Shown here in pieces: positions 1 through 8,924 of a stretch of 64,000 nucleotides of DNA (position 1 is the first letter of the stretch; each line of letters begins with the position of its first letter). Source of the DNA: Candidatus Micrarchaeota archaeon (GTDB lineage: Archaea; Micrarchaeota; Micrarchaeia; Anstonellales; Bilamarchaeaceae); assembly GCA_014727925.1 (NCBI GenBank), contig WJMN01000025.1:2575-66574 (forward strand), given 5' to 3'. The notes beneath the pieces are model-generated. The model did not search any database, had not been told where the DNA came from, and saw only the letters and a program-made list of their open reading frames with translations. The translations under genes were made by a program, and so were the position numbers.

Positions 1-1
1 C

Positions 2-505
2 GATGTGGATATCAAAAAGGCGATTAAAAATGGGGAAATAACAATAGAGCCGCTTGGGAGGGGGCAGATAGGCGAGGGGAGCGTGGACCTAACGCTTGGG
101 GAAAGCTTCTGGTTTTTCAAGAAAATGTATATCGGGGCAAGAGTTGACCTGGATAAAGTTGGTTTTAAGAAGGCCACAAAAAAAGTTAATGCAGATACTG
201 TGGTGCTGGGCCCGGGTGAAATGTGCCTTGGGATAAGCAGGGAGAAACTTACACTTGCAGCAGACATAATGGGCCGGCTAGAAGGGAGGAGCAGGTATGC
301 GAGAATGGGGCTTGCGGTGCACATTACTTCTGCGGTGGTGCAGCCGGGAAGCGCAAACCACCAGGTATTTGAAATCTTTAATAGTGCTCCTTTCACTGTG
401 GTTTTGCACGAAGGGATGAGGATTAGCCAGGTTGTGTTCTGCAGGACCGAGAGCCCTACATCAAAACCCTATGCAAAGCACGGGAAGATTGCGAGGAAGC
501 AGTAA
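2..505 (+). CDS. dcd: dCTP deaminase / dUTPase-fold enzyme (Dcd family), N-terminus probably cut by window edge
   Basis: Translation ..DIKKAIKNGEITIEP..GSVDLTLG..GRLEGRSRYARMGL..VQPG resembles the Dcd/Dut trimeric family. The frame stays open to position 2, so the GTG at 5 is probably not the real start. Confidence 0.8.
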   Translation, partial: DVDIKKAIKNGEITIEPLGRGQIGEGSVDLTLGESFWFFKKMYIGARVDLDKVGFKKATKKVNADTVVLGPGEMCLGISREKLTLAADIMGRLEGRSRYARMGLAVHITSAVVQPGSANHQVFEIFNSAPFTVVLHEGMRISQVVFCRTESPTSKPYAKHGKIARKQ

Positions 506-565
506 TATATACACGTATAACCATAAATGGAAACATTTAAATACTAGTTGGTGCCTAAATAATAC

Positions 566-1528
566 ATGGGATTGTTCGGAAACAGGAAGAAAACTCCGGT
601 AAGCGGAAGATTCGGCAGCGGTAATGAAGATATACCCTCAGGGTTGGCCAAGCGCCTCGGCCACAAAGAAGATGCAATGGCAGTGAGCGCCATAAGCACG
701 CTTGCAGGCGGAAGATTCAGAGGAGGGGATGTTGCTGAACACCTGCTTATGGTCATACAACGGGATGGAAGGGAAAACGTAGTTGAGGCCGCAATAAGCA
801 ACTTCGTGAAAAACATGGGCAGGGTTCTCCATTCTGACACCATTTCGGTGCACATGAAAAGGCACATTTTTGCAAAAAATGAAAAAAATGCAGAGCTTTG
901 CATAAGAATACTTGAAAGGGAAAAACCCAATCACGCTAAAATAAGGAAAACTGCTCTGGAAATTTTGGGAAGATATTCAGAAGAGGAGCTCACGAAAGAA
1001 CAAGTGGAAAGGGTTGAAAACGTGCTCCTTGGAATATGTAAGAAATTTGGTAAAAATGCAGAGATAGAGATAATAGTACGGGAACTTTTTGAAGGCAGGG
1101 AACGAAGGCCGAGAGTGGGGGCCGGGGGAGCAATAACAGAAAACGGCGGAAGAGGAGAAAGAACTATAGAGGTAATACCTAGAAAACCGGAAAAACGCAG
1201 GCGAAGGCAGGAAGCGCCCACCATGGGAATAGATATTTTTGGAGAAAACTGCAGAATGCTGGAAACTGAAAAAGACCCTGATATGATAAAGAATATTGCA
1301 AACAACCTTGTGGAAATGGCGGAAATAACAAAAAACAAGAAAAAAATCGAGAGGGCAATGGCAGTTTTCAAAGTAAAGGGGGCAATCTGCCTCCCGCATT
1401 ACAGAAGAATGAGAAAAAGGATGGGGGAACTTCCGAGAGAAGACAAAGACTCTCATGGGAGGCCAACCCTGCCCCCAAGGCACGAACCCAACGGCCAAGC
1501 AACTCCGCAGAAGCTGAAACATCGCTGA
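566..1528 (+). CDS. hypothetical protein, alpha-helical (HEAT-like) N-half with a basic C-half
   Basis: 320-aa ORF with normal composition. Competing antisense ORFs are low-complexity. A/T-rich promoter-like tract at 506-560. No family recognised. Confidence 0.5.
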   Translation: MGLFGNRKKTPVSGRFGSGNEDIPSGLAKRLGHKEDAMAVSAISTLAGGRFRGGDVAEHLLMVIQRDGRENVVEAAISNFVKNMGRVLHSDTISVHMKRHIFAKNEKNAELCIRILEREKPNHAKIRKTALEILGRYSEEELTKEQVERVENVLLGICKKFGKNAEIEIIVRELFEGRERRPRVGAGGAITENGGRGERTIEVIPRKPEKRRRRQEAPTMGIDIFGENCRMLETEKDPDMIKNIANNLVEMAEITKNKKKIERAMAVFKVKGAICLPHYRRMRKRMGELPREDKDSHGRPTLPPRHEPNGQATPQKLKHR

Positions 1529-1624
1529 ATAGGTTCATTTCTAATTTTATTCCGATTTTTGCCGGAATTGTTCGGAGAACTGTTTTAACCCTTAGCCTGG
1601 AAACCACTCCAGCAAGGTGACTTG

Positions 1625-2170
1625 ATGCTGGAAATAAGGTTTCACGGTAGGGGCGGCCAGGGAGCAGTAACCGCAGGGGAGCTGCTTGCAAAGGCTGCAG
1701 GAAGAGAAGGAAAATGGTCTCAGTCATTTCCAAAATTTGGTGTGGAAAGGAGGGGGGCGCCAGTGCAGAGCTACTGCAGAATTGACGGAGAGAGGATTAA
1801 GATCCACCAAGAGCTCTATGAGCCGGATGTTGTAGTGGTGCTAGACTCAAGCCTGATTGGGCCAGTTGACATTACCAGTGGCCTCAAGGAAGGGGGCAAA
1901 GTGATTGTGAATACCGGTAAAAAGCCGGAGGAGCTGGAGCTTGGGAGTGGTTTTGAAGTATATACTGTGGATGCCACTTCTGTTGCAATGGAGATAATGG
2001 GCAAACCTATTGTGAATACTGCAATGCTTGGGTCACTTTCCAAAATAACGGGAGTGGTGAAAGGCGAAAGCCTGGTTGAGGAAGTAATGCACCATTTCGG
2101 GGAAAAACTCGGAAAAACAAACGCAGATGTCATGATGGGATGCTGCGAAAAAACGCTAAATGGTGATTAG
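1625..2170 (+). CDS. porG: pyruvate:ferredoxin oxidoreductase gamma subunit
   Basis: MLEIRFHGRGGQGAVTAGELLAKAA is the typical PorG N-terminus. First gene of a gamma-delta-alpha-beta order. The ATG at 1625 is preferred over the TTG at 1622. Confidence 0.9.
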   Translation: MLEIRFHGRGGQGAVTAGELLAKAAGREGKWSQSFPKFGVERRGAPVQSYCRIDGERIKIHQELYEPDVVVVLDSSLIGPVDITSGLKEGGKVIVNTGKKPEELELGSGFEVYTVDATSVAMEIMGKPIVNTAMLGSLSKITGVVKGESLVEEVMHHFGEKLGKTNADVMMGCCEKTLNGD

Positions 2171-2419
2171 ATGAAACCGGCAAACGGAAAACCCGGAAAA
2201 AGCATGGATAACAAAACAGGGAGCTGGAGAACAGAACGGCCGGTCGTTGACCGGGATAGGTGCATAAAATGCGGACAGTGCCAGCTAAACTGCCCGGATG
2301 GCTGCATATTCGTAACAGAAGAAGGCGCAAAGCCAAATTATGATTACTGCAAAGGATGCGGGATATGTGCACAGGTGTGTCCGGTCAAGTGCATAAAAAT
2401 GGAGACGGAGGAGAAGTAG
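2171..2419 (+). CDS. porD: pyruvate:ferredoxin oxidoreductase delta subunit (2x[4Fe-4S] ferredoxin)
   Basis: Two cluster motifs, CIKCGQCQLNCP and CKGCGICAQVCP. The start abuts the porG stop. Confidence 0.9.
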   Translation: MKPANGKPGKSMDNKTGSWRTERPVVDRDRCIKCGQCQLNCPDGCIFVTEEGAKPNYDYCKGCGICAQVCPVKCIKMETEEK

Positions 2420-2427
2420 GTGATATT

Positions 2428-3564
2428 ATGAAAAAGACGATAGAAGGAAGCTTTGCGGTTGCAGAGGTTGTAAAAAACTGCAGCCCGGATGTGGTTGCCT
2501 GTTTCCCGATTACGCCCTCAACCCATATTGCAGAAGAACTAGACAGGATGTACACAGATGGAAAAATAAAAAGCTACACTGCAGTTGAAAGCGAATTCTC
2601 GGCGATTTCCATGCTTGTGGGGGCAAGCGCTGCAGGGGGAAGAGCATTCACAACAACCGATTCGCAGGGAATTGCACTGATGCATGAAGTGCTTTTTGCA
2701 GCGGCGGGGATGAGACTGCCCATGGTGATTGTAGCTGCAAACAGGTCGCTGAGTGCCCCGTTGAGCATCTGGAACGACCACCAGGATACAATAAGCGAGA
2801 GGGACTCTGGCTGGATTCAGATTTACTGCAAAAACAACCAGGAAGTGCTAGACAGTGTTCCCCAGGCATTCAAGATTTCAGAAGAAACTAACATACCAGT
2901 GATGGTTTGTATGGACGGGTTTTATCTTACTCACCTTGTTGAGCAGATCGACATGCCGGAAGAGGAGATGATTGAAAAATACCTTCCAAAACGGACTGCG
3001 GAATACAAGCTGGACCCGGAAAACCCGATTACCATGGGCATGTATGCGATGCCAACCCATTATCAGGGTTTCAGGATGGACCTGCACAAAGATGTGATTA
3101 ACGCAGGTGAGAATGTAAAAAAGGAAATGGAAGTGTGGGGAGAGCATTCCGGAAGGAAATATGGAAACGGGCTCTGGGAAGAATACCATGCAGAAGATGC
3201 AGAATACCTTTTTGTGGGCATGGGAAGCGTAATGGAAAATGCAGAGCTGGCAATTGAAAAAATGCGCAAGGAAGGAAAAAAAGCAGGGCTTGTGCGGATA
3301 CGGTGCTACCGGCCTTTCCCGAATGAAATTGTTGAAAGTTTCAGGGGAAAGGAGGGAGTTGTGGTATTTGAAAAAGATGTCAGCATGGGTGCTGATGCAC
3401 CGCTTTATGCAGAACTTTCTTCTGTGGCAAGAGAAAAAGGAATTGAAACTCCGCTTTCCTCATTCATGGGAGGCCTCGGAGGAAAAGACATAACAGTAGA
3501 ACACATAGAAGAGATGATGGAGAAAGCCAAGGAAGGCCAGGTCAAGATGGTGTGGGGTGAATAA
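2428..3564 (+). CDS. porA: pyruvate:ferredoxin oxidoreductase alpha subunit
   Basis: MKKTIEGSFAVAEVVKNCSPDVVACFPITPSTHI is the typical PorA N-terminus. The ATG at 2428 follows the porD stop, and the track start at 2356 would overlap porD. Confidence 0.92.
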   Translation: MKKTIEGSFAVAEVVKNCSPDVVACFPITPSTHIAEELDRMYTDGKIKSYTAVESEFSAISMLVGASAAGGRAFTTTDSQGIALMHEVLFAAAGMRLPMVIVAANRSLSAPLSIWNDHQDTISERDSGWIQIYCKNNQEVLDSVPQAFKISEETNIPVMVCMDGFYLTHLVEQIDMPEEEMIEKYLPKRTAEYKLDPENPITMGMYAMPTHYQGFRMDLHKDVINAGENVKKEMEVWGEHSGRKYGNGLWEEYHAEDAEYLFVGMGSVMENAELAIEKMRKEGKKAGLVRIRCYRPFPNEIVESFRGKEGVVVFEKDVSMGADAPLYAELSSVAREKGIETPLSSFMGGLGGKDITVEHIEEMMEKAKEGQVKMVWGE

Positions 3565-3565
3565 G

Positions 3566-4486
3566 ATGGGCGAACTGGAAAACAAGGAACTTTTCAAGAG
3601 CGGGCATACTGCATGCGCAGGATGCGGAGTTGCAGTCGGGCTCAGGCATATAATGAAGGCTATCGGAGAGGATTGCGTAATTGTGAACGCTACAGGTTGT
3701 GTGGAAATATTCACCACAGCATACCCAAAAAGCGCCTGGGCTGTTCCCTACATACACTGTGTATTTGAAAACTCGGCTCCGGTAGCTGCGGGTGTTGTTG
3801 AAGCCCTCAGGGTGCAGGGAAACGACCACACAAAAGTTGTGGTGATTTCCGGAGACGGGGCAAGCTATGACATCGGCTTCGGACACCTTTCAGGAATGAT
3901 GGAAAGGGGGCATGATGTGCTTTACATCTCATATGATAATGAGGCATATATGAACACAGGAGTGCAGAGAAGCGGGGCAACCCCCTGGAAAGCTTACACA
4001 ACCACCTCCCAGGTGGGAAGCGTGAGGAAGGGGAAACAGCAGTTCAAGAAACCGCTTACTGAAATAGCTGCAGCGCACGGGATACCTTATGCGGCAACCT
4101 CAACAAGCGCGCACTACACTGACCTTCAGCAAAAGGTAAAAAAGGCACTTTCAATAAAAGGGCCGAAATTCCTGAATGTGCTGATGACCTGCGTGCCAGG
4201 TTGGGGAACAAAGCCTGCACTGAGCATGCAGTACCTAAAAGATGCTGTGGATGCTCATGTGTGGCCGGTGTACGAAATAGAAAATGGTTTCCTCAAGCTG
4301 AACATGAAGCCGGAAAAAAAGCCGGTTGAAACTTACATTAAGGGGCAGAAAAGATTCAAGCACCTAAATGAGCAGGATGTAAAGGAAATACAGGAGCTCG
4401 TAGATGAGAAGTGGGACCGCCTGCTCTGGAAAGAGAAGGTGGACCAGGAGAGGAAGGCAGAGCTAGAAGGGCACTCCGGAGAATGA
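3566..4486 (+). CDS. porB: pyruvate:ferredoxin oxidoreductase beta subunit (TPP-binding)
   Basis: HTACAGCG cysteine motif and GDGASYDIGF TPP-binding motif. The ATG at 3566 is preceded by GGGGTGA. Confidence 0.92.
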   Translation: MGELENKELFKSGHTACAGCGVAVGLRHIMKAIGEDCVIVNATGCVEIFTTAYPKSAWAVPYIHCVFENSAPVAAGVVEALRVQGNDHTKVVVISGDGASYDIGFGHLSGMMERGHDVLYISYDNEAYMNTGVQRSGATPWKAYTTTSQVGSVRKGKQQFKKPLTEIAAAHGIPYAATSTSAHYTDLQQKVKKALSIKGPKFLNVLMTCVPGWGTKPALSMQYLKDAVDAHVWPVYEIENGFLKLNMKPEKKPVETYIKGQKRFKHLNEQDVKEIQELVDEKWDRLLWKEKVDQERKAELEGHSGE

Positions 4487-4543
4487 GTTTTAGACCGGGA
4501 AAAAAGGAACTGCACAGTTTAGCCGGAATTTGGATTGGCAGAT

Positions 4544-4948
4544 TCAGCGGACTGCGATCTGGACCTTTTTGTTTATGTCCAGGGACATGGGCAGGTTCAG
4601 GGTCCCTATTACATAATACTCAACAGGGCTTACTGCGCCAAGCAGTTTTGCTGCACCAAGCACAGCCCCTGCAACCCCTTCTTCTGCTTTCTTTTCAATC
4701 CCTGTTTTTACGGGGGCCTGGAGCTGGAAGAGGTATTCACCACTTGTGTATTCCTTTTCCCCTCCGAGAACTTCCTTGTACTGGTAAACCCCTACCTTCT
4801 TCCTCTTTCCCCGCCTTGTCTGCCACTGCTCCCCGACCAGCTCAACCCGCAGCTCCTTTGCGTTCTTTGGGGAATTCAATTCAAGAACCAGCTTTCCGGA
4901 AATCTCACCCCCTAAAGTAACATCGTAGCTGTTCAATTCCAAATCCAT
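4544..4948 (-). CDS. hypothetical protein, SpoOM/arrestin-N-like beta-sandwich (tentative)
   Basis: MDLELNSYDVTLGGEISGKLVLELNSPKNAKELRVELVGEQW matches the SpoOM-style pattern. The ATG at 4948 is preceded by GGAGAAGGAAAG. It lies 70 nt downstream of infB on the same strand. Confidence 0.55.
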   Translation of the reverse strand: MDLELNSYDVTLGGEISGKLVLELNSPKNAKELRVELVGEQWQTRRGKRKKVGVYQYKEVLGGEKEYTSGEYLFQLQAPVKTGIEKKAEEGVAGAVLGAAKLLGAVSPVEYYVIGTLNLPMSLDINKKVQIAVR

Positions 4949-5018
4949 CTTTCCTTCTCCTATTCCTAACACCATGATTGCACCAAGAAACAATGTGAAG
5001 GGGAAAATAAAAACCTTT

Positions 5019-6761
5019 TTAGAAAATGACGATTTTCCTTATTTTTTCAAGGAGCTCCTGCTCCTCCCCGGAAAGAGAGCCCTTCCTTTCTTCCCAGGCA
5101 AAGACCTGCTTCCGGTTCATTGCAACATAGAGGATGTCCCCTTCGTGCACATCCTTGTTAAGAGTTATCTGGGGAGAAGACAGGGCAACCTGAGACTTCT
5201 TTTCTGCTTCTTCGATGGTGTTCCCCTCGGACTGAATGTTCTTTACATCGCCCAGGACATTGCCTGACTCATCCATCAGGGAAGATCCCTTGCGGAGGCG
5301 GCCTTCAAGAATTTCAACACCGAAGACCGCGGGCTTTGAAAGCCTGAAAAAGCATCCGGGAAGAACCCTCATTCGGGCGGGCCAGGGAAGGGTGCTTTCA
5401 AGCTGCTTTCTTTCCTTCTGCTTCTCATCCTCAACCCATTCCTCGTATTCCTCAACAAGCTTATAAACAACCCTGCTCCAGATGAGGGGGACTCCAGAAT
5501 TGTAGGATTCAGTACGTGCTTCATCAAGCACTTTTACATTGAAACCGAAAATAACTCCCTTGTAGCGGTCGGATTCAGAAACCGCGTGGGCGGTTAGTAT
5601 GTCCTTTTTGGTGACAGGGCCAATCCCGCTGCGCTTAACCGGGATTCTGTGCTTCTGGAAAAGGTTAAGTATTGCCTCGGTGCTGCCCAGGGAATCTGCC
5701 TTCACAACCACGCCATCATCATGGGAATCACGCAGCACTTCGCTAAGGTGTGTTTCCATCTCTTTTTTCTGGGACTCAAAATCCGAAACCTGCATAAATG
5801 GGGATCCGGGGATTGTGCCTTCAAGTGAGGGGGCAACAATCTTTACCCCTGCGGCTGCAGCTACCCTGTCTAGGTTTATGTATTTCTCCTGGGGGTTGCA
5901 GGGCGAGATGTTGGGCTCGAGCAGGGCGCGGACCTTTGTTTTCTTCGCGCCTTGCCGTGTAAGGAAAATGATGTTGTCCCCCTGGGCAAGCTCACCATCA
6001 TAAAGAACAACATCCAGAGTAGTCCCCATCCCCTTCTCATCCTTTACCTCAATAACCGAGCCCTTTGCAATTTCCCCGGTTATGTGAAGCCGCTTCTCAA
6101 GATACTTCTGACTCATTCCGGAAATTAGGAGAAGGAGCTCGGCAAGTCCCTCTCCGCTTTTGGAGCTGATGGGGACAATTGCAATCTGTTTTGTGAAATC
6201 AGACATCCGGTCAAAGCGCTCGCAGTCAAAGCCCTCTTCGGAAAGCTGCCCCATCATAGTATATATCTTTTCATCTAGGAGCTTTTTTACGTGCTCCGGC
6301 TGCATCTGGAAAGATTTAAGGAAGGAATTAGTATCCTGCTTTTTCCATCCGTGGATTAGGTCAATCTTGTTTGCCGCAATTACAAAGGGGGTTTTGCAGT
6401 GCTTCAGAATTTTTATGCTTTCCCTTGTCTGGGGCTGGAAACCCTGCGTGGCATCAACAACAAGCACAGCCATGTCTGCAAGCGAGCCGCCCCTCTCTCT
6501 TAGGGTAGTGAATGCCTCATGGCCGGGGGTATCTATGAAAAGCAGGCCCGGAATCACGAGCTTTGTTTTCATGATGTCTTTTACTGAAGCTGAGATGTTG
6601 TTTATCACATAAGTGGAAAGATAACTTGCCCCAATCATCTGGGTTATCTTGCCTGCTTCCTTGGAAGCGACGGCGCTGCCCCTCACCCGGTCAAGAAGAG
6701 TTGTTTTTCCGTGGTCAACGTGCCCCAGCAGAACAAGTATGGGGGAGCGGACAGCAGACAT
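5019..6761 (-). CDS. infB: translation initiation factor aIF5B (IF-2 family GTPase)
   Basis: G1 motif LGHVDHGKTTLLD, DTPGHEAF and NKID. The ATG at 6761 lies about 28 nt downstream of a TATA-like CTTTTTAAAC, so the mRNA is probably leaderless. Confidence 0.93.
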   Translation of the reverse strand: MSAVRSPILVLLGHVDHGKTTLLDRVRGSAVASKEAGKITQMIGASYLSTYVINNISASVKDIMKTKLVIPGLLFIDTPGHEAFTTLRERGGSLADMAVLVVDATQGFQPQTRESIKILKHCKTPFVIAANKIDLIHGWKKQDTNSFLKSFQMQPEHVKKLLDEKIYTMMGQLSEEGFDCERFDRMSDFTKQIAIVPISSKSGEGLAELLLLISGMSQKYLEKRLHITGEIAKGSVIEVKDEKGMGTTLDVVLYDGELAQGDNIIFLTRQGAKKTKVRALLEPNISPCNPQEKYINLDRVAAAAGVKIVAPSLEGTIPGSPFMQVSDFESQKKEMETHLSEVLRDSHDDGVVVKADSLGSTEAILNLFQKHRIPVKRSGIGPVTKKDILTAHAVSESDRYKGVIFGFNVKVLDEARTESYNSGVPLIWSRVVYKLVEEYEEWVEDEKQKERKQLESTLPWPARMRVLPGCFFRLSKPAVFGVEILEGRLRKGSSLMDESGNVLGDVKNIQSEGNTIEEAEKKSQVALSSPQITLNKDVHEGDILYVAMNRKQVFAWEERKGSLSGEEQELLEKIRKIVIF

Positions 6762-6784
6762 AGGAGGAGATATGTTCAAATTAG

Positions 6785-6794
6785 TTTAAAAAGC
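6785..6794 (-). promoter_or_regulatory. TATA-box candidate for infB
   Basis: The minus strand reads CTTTTTAAAC, centred about 28 nt upstream of the ATG at 6761. Confidence 0.4.
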
Positions 6795-6819
6795 TCGCCC
6801 AAAAATAAGAAAAACTGGA

Positions 6820-6841
6820 GGGCGGCCTCTTCGGCGCGCCC
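6820..6841 (-). terminator. GC-rich hairpin followed by an oligo-T tract (candidate terminator)
   Basis: GGGCGCGCC-GAAGA-GGCCGCCC on the minus strand gives 8 bp with one bulge. It is followed by TCCAGTTTTTCTTATTTTTGGG. Confidence 0.35.
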
Positions 6842-7028
6842 CCCTATTTGGCACTGCTTATCTAGGTCACATGATTGAGCGCGGCCTCCGCCACCTCATA
6901 AACCTGTGGTCGGAGTTTTCACTTGCTTTTTCTGAATAACTTCTTTTTTCATAGGTTCCCAATCTTTCAGAAACCTTTTTAGCCAGTTTTTCGGCGTCCA
7001 TTCCTACCACCCGAAATGACTTCAAATG

Positions 7029-7043
7029 CTTTATATTTAAATG
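7029..7043. promoter_or_regulatory. palindromic A/T box (CTTTATATTTAAATG), candidate bidirectional TATA element
   Basis: Sits in the divergent intergenic region between infB and the small minus-strand ORF on one side and the TrmB-like gene on the other. Confidence 0.35.
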
Positions 7044-7071
7044 CTCGCTGTCCGGTGGAGGAGGACAGTCT

Positions 7072-7080
7072 TTTTAAAAT
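7072..7080 (+). promoter_or_regulatory. TATA-box candidate for the TrmB-like gene
   Basis: TTTTAAAAT is centred about 25 nt upstream of the GTG at 7101. Confidence 0.4.
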
Positions 7081-7100
7081 CTTTTAAATAATGTAGTTCT

Positions 7101-7859
7101 GTGGAAAAAACAAAGATAAAAACTGCGCTTTCTTCAATAGGGCTCACGGGAAAGGAATCAGAAGTTTACATGTATGTTTCTGCAAATCCTGAGAGCACGG
7201 CAGGGACCGTATCTAGGCATACTCGGATAGCAAGGTCAAAAACATATGAGGCGCTAGACAGGCTCTGCGCAATTGGTCTCGTTTCACATATAAGCAGGGA
7301 CAAGACAAAAAGGTACTATTCTTCCGGGACCTCGGTGCTCAAGGGTCTTTACCTTAGGCAGATGAATGAGGCAAACGAAGCAATTGAATACATAAAAAAT
7401 ATGAGTATCCTGAGGCCATCCGAAACTACAGTAAGGGTCCTTGACGGGGAAGATGCGTACAAGAGCATCAAGGAATCATTTACCGCCGAGCTCAGGAAAG
7501 GCGATGAAATGCTGATAATCGGCTCCCCTGCAAAAATGAAGCCTGAACTTGTGGAGTATTTTGGCAAATTCCACCAGAAAAGAATGGCGAGGGGAGTAAA
7601 ATTAAGGATTCTGTATAACCGGGATGTTGAAAAAGAGCGGCTAGACAGGGCAAGAAAATGGAAGCACAGTGAGGTTAAGTGCCTTCCTAAAAACAACTCC
7701 CCTGCCTGGGTGGAAATCTACGGCAACAGAGTAGTGATGCCATTGGTTTCAGACAGGATAAAAGTAATTGCGATTACTGACAAGGCGATATCTGAAAGCT
7801 TCAGAAACTACTTTGAGCTGCTCTGGAAAAGCAGCAAAAAGCCAAAAATCAGTAAATGA
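7101..7859 (+). CDS. TrmB-family transcriptional regulator
   Basis: N-terminal winged HTH: LTGKESEVYMYVSANPESTAGTVSRHTRIARSKTYEALDRLCAIGLVS. The C-terminal domain has TrmB-like length. GTG start. Confidence 0.75.
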   Translation: MEKTKIKTALSSIGLTGKESEVYMYVSANPESTAGTVSRHTRIARSKTYEALDRLCAIGLVSHISRDKTKRYYSSGTSVLKGLYLRQMNEANEAIEYIKNMSILRPSETTVRVLDGEDAYKSIKESFTAELRKGDEMLIIGSPAKMKPELVEYFGKFHQKRMARGVKLRILYNRDVEKERLDRARKWKHSEVKCLPKNNSPAWVEIYGNRVVMPLVSDRIKVIAITDKAISESFRNYFELLWKSSKKPKISK

Positions 7860-8886
7860 TTTCGCCCAGGTTTTTGTTGCGGAACGCATCCTTGAGCTCC
7901 TTTGCAATTCTCATCCCTGTGGTATACTCAGTCCCGTGGGTATAAAGCGAATAGGGATTTCCCAGAAGATTAGTTCCGGCAACTATCCTTGCGGAAATTT
8001 CAAATGAATAAATGTCCAGGTCATCTGTTATTATGGTTTCCACGCAGAACGGCCCGTGGATTCCGCCAAAGAGCCCCTTTGAAGAATTGCAGATGCCCCT
8101 GCCCATCTCCATATACTTGGGAAGCAGGGACTCGCGCAATACAAGGGACTGGTTGCCCATGACCGTAAATGAGATAGGAATATTTGCCCCCACTGAAAGC
8201 TGGCGGGCAATCTCATCTGCATTCGTTTCCATCCTCTGGTCAATACCGAGCATCTCTACATTCCCATAATTAGTGGAATACCCTGCATCTCCATCAAAAG
8301 AGTGGAAATAATGGATGTAGGCGCGGACACCGACTATAAACTCCTGTATCATGGTCTTCGCGCCTTCTGCGACCTTCTGGTAATATTCCTCAGGGCTGTT
8401 AACAACCAGGTATCCTTTTCCTCCTTTTGCCCCGGGAAACTTGACTATTGCGGGACCATCAATTTCCTCGGGCTGGAGGATTCTGGGTACCTTGAGGCCT
8501 GCCTTCTCCATCCAGTCAAACATGTTGTTGCGGTCGCGCTCAAAAAGCAGGGAACCCCTGTTTCCAAAGATAGGGAGGGCAAGGTCCTTTATGCCGTCTC
8601 CTGTGTACTCAACAAGGGAGCCGTGGGGAACCAGGATGGAGTTCCTTTCTCTGAGCTCATCAACAGGAATCTGGGAATAATCATCAACAATTAACAGCTC
8701 ATCTGGTGTTGCATAGGGGAAAGATTCGTAAAGCTCCCTTGATTCTTCAGTGCATATTCCAATTGTTTTTATGCTATACTGTTTGGCACCATGGAAAATC
8801 TGAAGCGCGGAATGGGAGCATATTGTTGCAATAGTGAAATCATCATAAGAATCCAGAATCTGGTCGATTTCCTCTTTTGCAAACAT
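7849..8886 (-). CDS. purP: 5-formaminoimidazole-4-carboxamide ribonucleotide (FAICAR) synthetase, ATP-grasp, PurP paralog 1
   Basis: Appears collinear with my recollection of archaeal PurP sequences: TIATICSHSALQIFHGAK, VPHGS, PIFGNR, KFPGAKGGKGY, GPFC..E, SARIVAGTN. Confidence 0.88.
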   Translation of the reverse strand: MFAKEEIDQILDSYDDFTIATICSHSALQIFHGAKQYSIKTIGICTEESRELYESFPYATPDELLIVDDYSQIPVDELRERNSILVPHGSLVEYTGDGIKDLALPIFGNRGSLLFERDRNNMFDWMEKAGLKVPRILQPEEIDGPAIVKFPGAKGGKGYLVVNSPEEYYQKVAEGAKTMIQEFIVGVRAYIHYFHSFDGDAGYSTNYGNVEMLGIDQRMETNADEIARQLSVGANIPISFTVMGNQSLVLRESLLPKYMEMGRGICNSSKGLFGGIHGPFCVETIITDDLDIYSFEISARIVAGTNLLGNPYSLYTHGTEYTTGMRIAKELKDAFRNKNLGEIIY

Positions 8887-8924
8887 AGGGGTATTACTAT
8901 AAGAAAATAATAAAAGGGGGAAGG

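Noticed and set aside
2356-2427. Longer porA start at 2356 from the ORF track
   Set aside because: It would overlap porD by 64 nt. The conserved PorA N-terminus begins at the ATG at 2428, right after the porD stop.
4411-4920. 169-aa and 126-aa plus-strand ORFs after porB
   Set aside because: Their composition is Pro/Leu/Ser/Gly-rich and low-complexity. The opposite strand encodes a globular SpoOM-like protein with a good ribosome-binding site.
6871-6937. Possible C/D box sRNA (ATGATTGA ... CTGA)
   Set aside because: The C-box candidate has an extra U relative to RUGAUGA. There are no C'/D' boxes and no terminal stem. The region is also covered by the candidate 44-aa ORF on the other strand.
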